This document shows positions 9,242 through 17,914 of a stretch of DNA of 64,000 nucleotides, in pieces. The position numbers were made by a program, and so were the translations under genes. Source of the DNA: Bdellovibrionales bacterium (lineage in GTDB: Bacteria > Bdellovibrionota > Bdellovibrionia > Bdellovibrionales > JAMPXM01); assembly GCA_043739185.1 (NCBI GenBank), contig JAYUEN010000286.1, forward strand, positions 39,604 to 103,603, given 5' to 3'. Every line of letters begins with the position of its first letter. Within the stretch, counting starts at the first letter, position 1. Below the pieces are notes generated by a model, which was not told the origin of the DNA, searched no databases, and saw only the letters and a list, made by a program, of their open reading frames with translations.

Positions 9242-11221
9242 ATGTTGAAGTTTAAGGTACGAAAACATGGTAGCGACTTCAAAGAGCTCATGCTAGAGCC
9301 AGGGCAGGAGTATGTGGTGGGCCGCGCTCCAAATTGTGATATTGTTCTTGACGATCTTCCCGGCATTTCGCGCCAACATTTTCGAATTAAGTTTGCAGAA
9401 GAAACATGGCAAGTTCAAGTTCTCTCGAAGTTTGGAAACTTAACCAAAGAAGGTGAACCCACCAATCATTTCAATTTGGGGCCGCAAGACTCATTTAAGA
9501 TTTCACCATATGATTTCATCGCCCTAAATGAAGATGAACCCACACCTGAAGTGCCCGCACAGGAAGAGCCGCAAACCACATCAAAGGCGCTGGCCTTAAT
9601 TGAACCAAGCTCGCCTCCAGAAGTTTATGACGAAAATTTTCAAGGTGATAATGAAATCACTTCAGTAGGCTCTTTTATTGGAATTCCTTATTTGCGAATT
9701 ACGGGACCACATCAAAAAGAGGATGAAGTTTTACGCCTTGAAGGCAAATCATGGATTGCCGGTCGCGATGAAAATTGCTCTATTATTTTGAACGACGCCA
9801 CCGCCAGTCGCAAACAGTTTCGAATTGATTTAAATGAAGAAGAATATTTCATCACCGACGTCGGAAGCTCCAATGGCACTCTCATCAACGGCGCGAGAGT
9901 AACTACGAAGACGCCTTTAAAGAGCGGTGATATTATTTCCGTTCAGTCCTTGACCATTCATTTTGAATTGAGAGATCCAAACTTTAAAGAAAAAATTCAA
10001 GGGATATCAGAAAATTTTGTAAATACCCCCGCATTGATAATTGAAAAGGAACCGGTCTATCAGCACCCCAGCTTTTTACCCGCTTCTTATGAGGGCGATG
10101 GCGGTGCTATTCCTCTTCATTATTCGCCACCACCCAGATCACATTCGCGTGCAAAACCTAAAAGCGGAGGCAAATTATTTTTCTATATGATCTTTGCCGG
10201 CGTGATTGTTTTGGGACTATTTTTGTTTTCTGAAAATCCTAAAAAGGGTGAAAATTCAAATCCAAATCAAAGCATTTCTAATAGTAAATTTGATCATCTT
10301 TCAATTCCCCAAAAACAATTGGTGGTTGACTCTTATAATTTAGCTAACAATTTTCTCTTGCAAGGAAAATACTCAAATGCCCAAGCGCAATTGTTGAAAA
10401 TCGCAGAAATGCTCGGCGACGAAGCCTATCAAGATTCGCGTAATTTAATGGCTCAATGTCAAACCGCTTTAGACAATGAAGGTAAGATTGCACGCATTGA
10501 AATCGAAAGAAAACGCGCGGAGGCTGTGAGCAAACGGCTAAGTGAAATTCTTTACCGGTGCAATATTGTGTCGCAAACTGCAACTTCTGAGCAGGTCATT
10601 GACCAATGTCTTGAAGAAGCACTCAATTTAGATCCTGGCAATGATGAAATTCACATTCAAAAGGAACGCGTTCACAAGCGCATTTCAGATGCCAATGAAC
10701 TTGCTAGTCAGCGTGCCGATTATAAGGCGCGAGTCGAACGCGCCAAGGAAATGTACAATCATGCGCGCAGCCTTGAGTCCAAAGGCGAATTGCTTCAAGC
10801 CATTGAGGCCTACGAGAGACTTGCAAAAACAAATTTGCCAGATCCTGAGGACCGAAAAAAGGAAGCTCAAAGAAAGATTGCCTCGATTAAACAGAGCCTA
10901 TCTCAAAAGGCCGAAGAATATATTCATTCTAGTCAGCGGCTTGCCGAACAAAATAATTTAAAAGGAGCGCTTACAGAACTCATCAAAGCGCAGAAAATTG
11001 ACGCCAACAATTCGCACGTTAACTCTTTGATTAAAAAATATCGTGGAGATCTCGACAATCAACTGCAAGATCTTTATGGCGAAGCCACCATCTATGAGGG
11101 AAACTCACGCCTCGAACGAGCAATGGAAATTTGGAAGAAGATTGTCGATTTGGATCGCCCCGACGGCGACTACTATCGAAAGGCCAAAAGCAAGTTGCAC
11201 ACTTACGGAAGTCGCCAATGA
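9242..11221 (+). CDS. Tandem-FHA + single TM + TPR-repeat protein
   Basis: FHA1 VGRAPNCDIVL...SRQH. FHA2 AGRDENC...SSNGTLING. TM LFFYMIFAGVIVLGLFLF. Multiple TPR-like helical pairs (ALNLDPGN, AQKIDANN). Confidence 0.85.
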   Translation: MLKFKVRKHGSDFKELMLEPGQEYVVGRAPNCDIVLDDLPGISRQHFRIKFAEETWQVQVLSKFGNLTKEGEPTNHFNLGPQDSFKISPYDFIALNEDEPTPEVPAQEEPQTTSKALALIEPSSPPEVYDENFQGDNEITSVGSFIGIPYLRITGPHQKEDEVLRLEGKSWIAGRDENCSIILNDATASRKQFRIDLNEEEYFITDVGSSNGTLINGARVTTKTPLKSGDIISVQSLTIHFELRDPNFKEKIQGISENFVNTPALIIEKEPVYQHPSFLPASYEGDGGAIPLHYSPPPRSHSRAKPKSGGKLFFYMIFAGVIVLGLFLFSENPKKGENSNPNQSISNSKFDHLSIPQKQLVVDSYNLANNFLLQGKYSNAQAQLLKIAEMLGDEAYQDSRNLMAQCQTALDNEGKIARIEIERKRAEAVSKRLSEILYRCNIVSQTATSEQVIDQCLEEALNLDPGNDEIHIQKERVHKRISDANELASQRADYKARVERAKEMYNHARSLESKGELLQAIEAYERLAKTNLPDPEDRKKEAQRKIASIKQSLSQKAEEYIHSSQRLAEQNNLKGALTELIKAQKIDANNSHVNSLIKKYRGDLDNQLQDLYGEATIYEGNSRLERAMEIWKKIVDLDRPDGDYYRKAKSKLHTYGSRQ

Positions 11222-11907
11222 TTTTCAATTTTTCTTACCGCCCCTACAGCGGAAAGCAATTTCGCCCAGTTCCTGAAATTCACTCAGATGAAAAGACATT
11301 GGTAGTCGCCACACCTTGGGGCAATCGCGATTCTGCCAAAAAAGCAATTGACCGGATACTCGAATATTTGATTCTTTGTAATGAAGATCGAGAAGCAACA
11401 ACTCCTTTTCAAAGGTTATCGTGTCTTTCGGTTGGCGCCAATAATTTGCGAATTGCGGCCTTACTTGCAAATGAAAGTATTTTCAGAGAAGACAACCATA
11501 CAGAATATCGAAACGGCACTGAATTGTTCGCAATGTCACTTTCTGAAGGAGAGCTGGTTTGGGTTCAAATCGGCCAGCCGCAAATATTACTGGTTCGTAA
11601 AATGAGGCAGGTGGTGACACTTGCTGGAGCCATGGATTTGTCCTTTGATATGAGTGACGGCGAAGAACTTCTACCCAGTCTTCCCAATCAACTCCTAGGC
11701 TTAGACTCTAGCTTGAATTTGACCATCAATAGTTTTCGCCCTCAGGATCTTGATCAGCTCATTTTGCTCAGTCACTCCCAGCTTCCTCGCGACCTTTATC
11801 AACTAAATTCAAATGAATTTGAACTCGATAAAATAAGTCAAAGATTAGCTAAGTTAAGTCCCCAACTGGCCTTTTGGCTTGGATTGATCAAATTTTCAAA
11901 GACTTAA
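11218..11907 (+). CDS. PP2C/PPM-fold protein lacking catalytic Asp motifs (putative pseudophosphatase)
   Basis: ATGA overlap with the upstream stop. Aligns by eye to the window's own PP2C: VVATPWGN vs AVADGMGG, GTELFA vs GTTLVS, QIGQPQILL vs NVGDSRAYL, DQLILLSHSQL vs DLIILCSDGL. Confidence 0.65.
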   Translation: MIFNFSYRPYSGKQFRPVPEIHSDEKTLVVATPWGNRDSAKKAIDRILEYLILCNEDREATTPFQRLSCLSVGANNLRIAALLANESIFREDNHTEYRNGTELFAMSLSEGELVWVQIGQPQILLVRKMRQVVTLAGAMDLSFDMSDGEELLPSLPNQLLGLDSSLNLTINSFRPQDLDQLILLSHSQLPRDLYQLNSNEFELDKISQRLAKLSPQLAFWLGLIKFSKT

Positions 11908-11954
11908 AGTTATATTGATCTATTTAGAAACTGAAAAAAGACCGATAGGAAGAT

Positions 11955-12770
11955 ATGTCAGAGGCTTTTGATTTTAAAAATGAATATGGACACTTATCAG
12001 TTACCGACCCCAAACAGATGGGTATTTGCTATGGTCCCATCAAGCTCTTTGGCTTCAACTCTTCTCTCGGAATTAATTTACTAGGGCAAGGCAATAAAAT
12101 TTGCTCCTTCGATTGCCCCTATTGTGATCTTGGTCGCACGAAGATGCGCCTCAATAGAGTTAAGAAAGATGGGCCTTACTCCAATTTAGAGGGACTTGAA
12201 TTTCAATTGGATAAAGAATTCGCGGCCTACTCTGAAAAGAAAATTCAAATAGATGCCATTCATATTTCAGGAAATGGTGAGCCTACACTTTATCCCCACT
12301 TGAGCGAGGCCATCGATATAATACTCAAACTTCGCGGAAAATATTTTTCGCAATCAAAGACTCTTTTACTTACTAATGGCGCACATTTGGATCAAAGAAA
12401 AGCCTTTGAAGCTGCCAGCAAACTAGACTCCATTGTTTTTAAATTAGATGTGGGCAATGATCGCTTACTAAAAGAAATCAATGCGCCGCTGGTGCGCTCG
12501 ACAGTTTCGCACCTTATTTCAATTTCGCAGTCAGTAAAAAATTTGAGCCTTCAATGTTTTTTCGTTCAAGGCAGTATCGACAATACCAAACCGGCTGACA
12601 TCGAAGAGTGGATTGAAGTTATTGGACTCATTAAACCGCGAAGAATTTTTATTAATACTTTAAGTCATGTGCCTTCAAGTAGTGGGCTCATTGCTTGCGA
12701 TGAAGATACTTTGTATACGATTGCTTCAAAGCTCGAACGCAAAACCGGCATTAAAGCTGAAGTCTATTAA
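11955..12770 (+). CDS. Radical SAM protein of unknown substrate
   Basis: CSFDCPYC (CxxxCxxC), ISGNGEPTLYP, LLTNG. Confidence 0.88.
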   Translation: MSEAFDFKNEYGHLSVTDPKQMGICYGPIKLFGFNSSLGINLLGQGNKICSFDCPYCDLGRTKMRLNRVKKDGPYSNLEGLEFQLDKEFAAYSEKKIQIDAIHISGNGEPTLYPHLSEAIDIILKLRGKYFSQSKTLLLTNGAHLDQRKAFEAASKLDSIVFKLDVGNDRLLKEINAPLVRSTVSHLISISQSVKNLSLQCFFVQGSIDNTKPADIEEWIEVIGLIKPRRIFINTLSHVPSSSGLIACDEDTLYTIASKLERKTGIKAEVY

Positions 12771-14632
12771 AGCGAAAGCTCACTCAAGCGCCGGTTTAAT
12801 ACTTGGCGGTACTTTCTATTTTCTGGCAAAGCCAATACCAAATCGGAAATCGAAGGTTCTTTAGGGAAAGATAAACTAACATCCCAACTCATTGCCGTTA
12901 GATAATTGATTTCCGCTATACGATCCACCAGTATTTTATCAGTGTGAAGACGTAAAAAACTTTCCATCGCTTTCTGCCGCATAGACAAAGTCTGAGTCTC
13001 GTCTAACCAAGTGAGTAAATCCGAAAAGTCATCGGCATGACAATCTCTCAAGTTCGCAACGCCTTTTCCTAGCGAGTACTCTTTGACTAAATTCAAACAA
13101 GGATCAATTGGAATTTCTGATTTCTCTTTGAGATTGCGATTGGCTACGAATCTCCAAATAGGATTGGACGCTTTAATACCTGAAGAGCGAAGCTGCTTCC
13201 AGCGATCTAGACGCAAGTCCCATATGGCTTTCCAATAGAGCAGTTGAGTATCCGTCGGATTTTTTTCGGCTAGATCAGACAAGCGGGTCAACAATTCATT
13301 GCTTGGCCGAATGCCTCGCCACAACTCTTGAGCAATTAAAAATTTTGTCCGTTGCTCGCGCTTGAGGGGTTCGAAATGAGCGAGTTGGTGGCTTGCAAAG
13401 AAATTTCGAATACTCGATAAGGCATTGTGGTGAAAACTACCGTTCCCGAGGTTTAATAGTTCTGCGCTATCATCTAAGGTATCAAAAACTCTTTGCGACT
13501 TATCATTGATGACAAGAAGATTGTTTGATCGAACAGCGAAACGAATCTCGCCCAGATTTCTCCATTTGGACCAAGCCGACTCTGAAATAATGAGTCGTTT
13601 GACTGGATCTAAATTTACTCTGTCTTTCAGTTGCTCTTTAAACGAGATGCCTTTCAAATTTGGATCATCTGATGGCAGAGTGGTGATGCCCAACCAATCG
13701 AATAGCGTCACTCCCAAATCAACTAGACTCACATCTGCATCAAAATTTTTTAATAACTTCTTCTCTTCTCCTGCTGGCTTGATAAAGAGCCCGACATGAG
13801 TACTTTCACTATACAAATTCAATGCCCTAATTTCCTCGTGTTCTTCAACGGCATGGCCATTGAGTCCCACGACTACAATATAGGTTGAGTCCCAGATCTT
13901 TTTCTTTTTCATTTCTTGAAATAAAACTCCTAGTGATTCATCAACATATTCCATTTGACTCGAAAAAGATGCCTCTCGAACTTCTCCAAGAGAATTGGTG
14001 GTAGCGACGTCTTCAAACTGTAAATCCGCAAGATAAATTGTCGAAAAAAAAGAACGCCTTGAAGATTCTTGATCTTGCCAATTAAAAAAGGCGCGAATGC
14101 TTTCTCCCGCTGGACGATAAAAACGCTTCATATTGACTTGAATATTGTCTTCAAAAACTTCAAAGCCCTGGCCCAAGCCTGATTTACGAAAAACAGGTGG
14201 GCCACCAGAATAAAACGTAGTTCTGTAGTTTTTGGTAATTGCAACATCGGCCACGGTTTTGTACTTTGCACTTAAAAACTGATTCCCGTTATGACGAAGT
14301 CCATGCTCAAGCGGATATTTTGCTGTAAGGATAGAGGCAATGGCGCTCATACTCATCGTTGAAGGCGTATAAGCGTGCGTGAAACGTACCGATTCATTGC
14401 ATAGAATTTGAAATCCCGAAAGTCCTTGCCAAGGATTATTTTTTGAACTTTCAGAAGAATTGTCGCCGCAAGAAACATTATGAAAACCCAACTGGTCAAT
14501 CATGATTATCAAAATAGATGGCGGCCGGCTCACCTGAAGAGAACAAGATGATAGGCAAAGAATCATGGCACCCAACCAAGACCAAAGACTAATATTTTTT
14601 GTAGTCATAACTTTCATGCTCTCTTCAATCAT
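12767..14632 (-). CDS. Sulfatase-like (alkaline phosphatase superfamily) lipoprotein
   Basis: Lipobox LSSC. PSILIIMIDQL, VRFTHAYTPS...SILTAKYPLEHG, YVDESLG, LYSESTHVGLFIK, VSLVDLGVTLFDWLG. Confidence 0.75.
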   Translation of the reverse strand: MIEESMKVMTTKNISLWSWLGAMILCLSSCSLQVSRPPSILIIMIDQLGFHNVSCGDNSSESSKNNPWQGLSGFQILCNESVRFTHAYTPSTMSMSAIASILTAKYPLEHGLRHNGNQFLSAKYKTVADVAITKNYRTTFYSGGPPVFRKSGLGQGFEVFEDNIQVNMKRFYRPAGESIRAFFNWQDQESSRRSFFSTIYLADLQFEDVATTNSLGEVREASFSSQMEYVDESLGVLFQEMKKKKIWDSTYIVVVGLNGHAVEEHEEIRALNLYSESTHVGLFIKPAGEEKKLLKNFDADVSLVDLGVTLFDWLGITTLPSDDPNLKGISFKEQLKDRVNLDPVKRLIISESAWSKWRNLGEIRFAVRSNNLLVINDKSQRVFDTLDDSAELLNLGNGSFHHNALSSIRNFFASHQLAHFEPLKREQRTKFLIAQELWRGIRPSNELLTRLSDLAEKNPTDTQLLYWKAIWDLRLDRWKQLRSSGIKASNPIWRFVANRNLKEKSEIPIDPCLNLVKEYSLGKGVANLRDCHADDFSDLLTWLDETQTLSMRQKAMESFLRLHTDKILVDRIAEINYLTAMSWDVSLSFPKEPSISDLVLALPENRKYRQVLNRRLSELSL

Positions 14633-14715
14633 ACCTTGACCCTATATTTACACTCTAGAGATAATCGAGTGAAGGCAATTCTATAACGAAGCTAATTTAA
14701 TTACGAGGAGAGTCC

Positions 14716-15348
14716 ATGCTCACAGAAAAACTTTTCAATATTGCACAAGGGGGCGCGGAAGCTATATTGTGGGTCATGGTGGCCATGAGCGTCCTCAGTA
14801 TCGCCACGATCCTTGAGCGCCTTTTTTCATTGAGACAAGCAGCCTCGGCAAGTAAAAAAATTAAGTTGCGACTCAAAGAAGTTTTGCAATCTAATAACCT
14901 TTCAGAGCTTGAGGACCTCAGTAAAGATCGCGATTCTTTAGAGGGCCGTGGTCTCTCTTATGGTTTAAGACATGTAAAAGAAAATGGTGTTAATGGCCTC
15001 GCCGAAATATTTAACTCCTTTGCGCTTATCGAAAAACCTGCACTTGAGCGTTCACTCAATTTTCTGGCTACAGTGGGCTCCAATGCTCCATTTTTAGGTT
15101 TGTTGGGAACTGTTCTCGGAATCATGAAAGCTTTCAAAGATCTTTCGGCCAATGTGACCGCCGGAAATGAAGCGGTGATGTTAGGCATTGCCGAAGCTCT
15201 TATTTCAACTGCAATTGGTCTTGTCGTTGCGATTCCTGCCGTCATCGCCTTTAACTATTTTCAAAAACAAGTAAAAGGCCATATGCAAAGTTTAGAAAGC
15301 GTAAAAGAACTTTGCATTGCCTATGCTAAAAACAAAGGAAAGGCCTAA
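14716..15348 (+). CDS. MotA/TolQ/ExbB proton channel family protein
   Basis: LATVGSNAPFLGLLGTVLGI and GIAEALISTAIGLVVAIPAV. GAGGAG SD. Confidence 0.92.
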   Translation: MLTEKLFNIAQGGAEAILWVMVAMSVLSIATILERLFSLRQAASASKKIKLRLKEVLQSNNLSELEDLSKDRDSLEGRGLSYGLRHVKENGVNGLAEIFNSFALIEKPALERSLNFLATVGSNAPFLGLLGTVLGIMKAFKDLSANVTAGNEAVMLGIAEALISTAIGLVVAIPAVIAFNYFQKQVKGHMQSLESVKELCIAYAKNKGKA

Positions 15349-15350
15349 TC

Positions 15351-15758
15351 ATGGCTGGTCAACTAGGCGGAAGTGATGACGATCCAATTTCAGCAATCAA
15401 TGTAGTTCCTCTGGTAGATGTGATCTTGGTGGTTCTCATTATTTTCATGGTCACGGCACCTCTGGTTCTAAAGCCAAGCATCGATATCAATCTGCCAAAA
15501 GCGGCAAGTGGAGATACGACTCCCACCACGCCTTTAAATATTACAATTGGCCGAGACGGCTCAATTGCATTCAATGGCAAAGCCACTACATTAGAGCAAG
15601 TCACATCCTTTATTTCTCAAGTTATCAAAAGCAAACCAGATACAGCGGCGATTCTTGCGGCTGACAAAGCGGTAACACTTGAAAAGTTGACTGAGATTAT
15701 TGATGTCATCAAATCAGCCGGTGTGAAAAAAGTTGCTTTCTCAATAGAGAAAAAATGA
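15351..15758 (+). CDS. ExbD/TolR family protein
   Basis: INVVPLVDVILVVLIIFMVTAP with the conserved TM Asp, LAADK, AGVKKV. Confidence 0.92.
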   Translation: MAGQLGGSDDDPISAINVVPLVDVILVVLIIFMVTAPLVLKPSIDINLPKAASGDTTPTTPLNITIGRDGSIAFNGKATTLEQVTSFISQVIKSKPDTAAILAADKAVTLEKLTEIIDVIKSAGVKKVAFSIEKK

Positions 15759-16439
15759 GCTCTCCGCAGCCGTGCTGAGATTCTTTAAGAGGTTCAAGGC
15801 GAGTCTTTTTTCAATCTCTAATCGATTTACTTTGGCCCCCAATATTTCTTGTATCGAAATCATGGTTTCAGATTTAAATCCACATGGTTTTAGCCCTTGA
15901 AAGGCTTCGGCATCGCAATCAAGGTTGAGCGCCAAACCATGATAACTTATCCATTTGCGAACTCCGATTCCAATGGATGCAATTTTTCGCGAACCAACCC
16001 AAACACCGGTTGCCTCGATCTCAAGATCGTCTTGCTTTTGCAAACTACGTCCAGCGGCTTGAATGCCGAACTCAGATAAAGTTTCAATAATTGAAATTTC
16101 AATTTGTCTAAAAAAGCGATGCAGGTCCCGCCCCCTCAAATTCAAATCTAAAATAGGATAAACAATGATTTGGCTCGGACCATGATAGGTCGCGCGCCCA
16201 CCGCGACTGACTTCAATTGTGGGCCCCATCCATGAGGTGACATCGCCACTTTGAGTGCCTCGCCCTAGAGTGACCACCGCAGGATGTGAGCAAAAAATCA
16301 AAGTTTCTCGCGCAAGCTCTTGCCTGACCAAGCCCACCAGCTCAGTCTGTCTTCGAAGAGACTCTTCGTAATCGATGAGTCCCCAGTTTTGAATTGCCAT
16401 ATCACCTTCACGAAGATCCCGTGAAATCTCTAATTCCAT
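15741..16439 (-). CDS. lipB: Octanoyltransferase LipB
   Basis: HPAVVTLGR, RGGRATYHGPSQ, KIASIGI, YHGLALN, PCG. Confidence 0.95.
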   Translation of the reverse strand: MELEISRDLREGDMAIQNWGLIDYEESLRRQTELVGLVRQELARETLIFCSHPAVVTLGRGTQSGDVTSWMGPTIEVSRGGRATYHGPSQIIVYPILDLNLRGRDLHRFFRQIEISIIETLSEFGIQAAGRSLQKQDDLEIEATGVWVGSRKIASIGIGVRKWISYHGLALNLDCDAEAFQGLKPCGFKSETMISIQEILGAKVNRLEIEKRLALNLLKNLSTAAESSFFLY

Positions 16440-16445
16440 AATACT

Positions 16446-17903
16446 CTATACCTGCGCTCGGACGCCGGTCGTTTCCTTCTTAAGGCCTAAAGGCTTTTGA
16501 ATAATATGGATGGCGTGACCGAGGCTAGCTTCTGCAGCCTCCATCATAGTCTCACCAAGAGTCGGGTGCGGATGAATCGTCAATGCGATGTCTTCTAATC
16601 GTGCTCCCATTTCGATTGCGAGGGCTGCTTCTGAAATCAAATTGCTCGCTTCAGGACCAACAATATGAACACCCAAAACAATATGGGTCTTAGCATCGGC
16701 AATTATTTTTACAAAACCATCGGTCTCCATCAAAGAGACGGCTTTGCCATTGGCCGCGAAAGGAAATTTTCCTATCTTTAAATCCGTATGTCCTTTCGCT
16801 TTACATTCTTCTTCTGTCCATCCGGCAGATGCGATTTCAGGATCAACGAAAATCACAGCGGGTACTGTTTTCGCATCATAAGCCCGATTATGGCCCGCAC
16901 AGATTTCAGCCACCATCACGCCCTCATGACTTGCTTTGTGAGCAAGCATTGGCTGGCCGGCAATATCACCAATGGCAAAAATATTTGCTAAGTTGGTTTT
17001 TCTCTGCGCATTTACTTTTACAAAACCACGCTCATCAAGCTGAATGCCAATTTGTTTGAGATTCATTTGATCTGAATTGGGTTTACGGCCAATCGTTAAC
17101 AATATTTTATCAGCTTTGATTTTCTCTTCTTTACCTGCACGATCAATGGTGAGCTCGACGCCATCTGCGGTTTTCTTAAAAGATTTTGCTTTGGCTTCAA
17201 ACATCACTTCAATGCCATTCTTTTTCAGCTTTCGCGCAACCACTTGAACACAATCTGGATCTGCTAAACCAACCAATAAGCCTTTTTGCGCTTCAACGAC
17301 TGTTACTTGAGAGCCAAGCTTAGACATATACGAGCCAATTTCGAGACCGATGTAGCCACCTCCGATGACAACTAAGCGCTTTGGAACTTCACTTAAAGCC
17401 AATGCGCCCGTTGAAGAAAGTACGTTTTTTTCATCGATATCAAATCCCGGAATTTGAATGGGACGAGAACCCGTTGCGATTACAAAGTTTTTACTTTGAA
17501 TTGTTTCCGTAGCGTTAGCAGTCTTCACCGTCAATTCGGTTGAGGTTTTGAAATTTGCTTCGCCGCGAATGATAGTGACGTTATTTCCCTTGAGAAGTTG
17601 TTCGACTCCGCCAGCCATGCGATCGCAAACGGATTGCTTCCAGCTTACTAACTTTTTCATATCTATTTTAACTTCGCCCTTTACCACAATTCCCATTTCG
17701 GGGGCGTCGTGCTCAATTCGGTGAAGAAAATGGGCAGCACTGATCATGGCCTTTGATGGGATACATCCGACATTCAAGCAAACTCCGCCTAAGTATTCCC
17801 GCTCGATAATACAAGTGCTGAGCCCAAGTTGAGCTGAACGAATGGCAGCTACATATCCGCCTGGGCCAGCGCCAATTACTGTTACATCAAATTTTTGTGC
17901 CAT
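16446..17903 (-). CDS. lpdA: Dihydrolipoyl dehydrogenase (E3)
   Basis: GAGPGGY, GGVCLNVGCIPSK redox disulfide, HPHPTLGE. Confidence 0.97.
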   Translation of the reverse strand: MAQKFDVTVIGAGPGGYVAAIRSAQLGLSTCIIEREYLGGVCLNVGCIPSKAMISAAHFLHRIEHDAPEMGIVVKGEVKIDMKKLVSWKQSVCDRMAGGVEQLLKGNNVTIIRGEANFKTSTELTVKTANATETIQSKNFVIATGSRPIQIPGFDIDEKNVLSSTGALALSEVPKRLVVIGGGYIGLEIGSYMSKLGSQVTVVEAQKGLLVGLADPDCVQVVARKLKKNGIEVMFEAKAKSFKKTADGVELTIDRAGKEEKIKADKILLTIGRKPNSDQMNLKQIGIQLDERGFVKVNAQRKTNLANIFAIGDIAGQPMLAHKASHEGVMVAEICAGHNRAYDAKTVPAVIFVDPEIASAGWTEEECKAKGHTDLKIGKFPFAANGKAVSLMETDGFVKIIADAKTHIVLGVHIVGPEASNLISEAALAIEMGARLEDIALTIHPHPTLGETMMEAAEASLGHAIHIIQKPLGLKKETTGVRAQV

Positions 17904-17914
17904 AAATAAATCCT

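Noticed and set aside
11131..11217. Upstream TTG start for the PP2C-like ORF
   Set aside because: It overlaps the FHA gene by about 90 bp. ATGA coupling at 11218 is more plausible.
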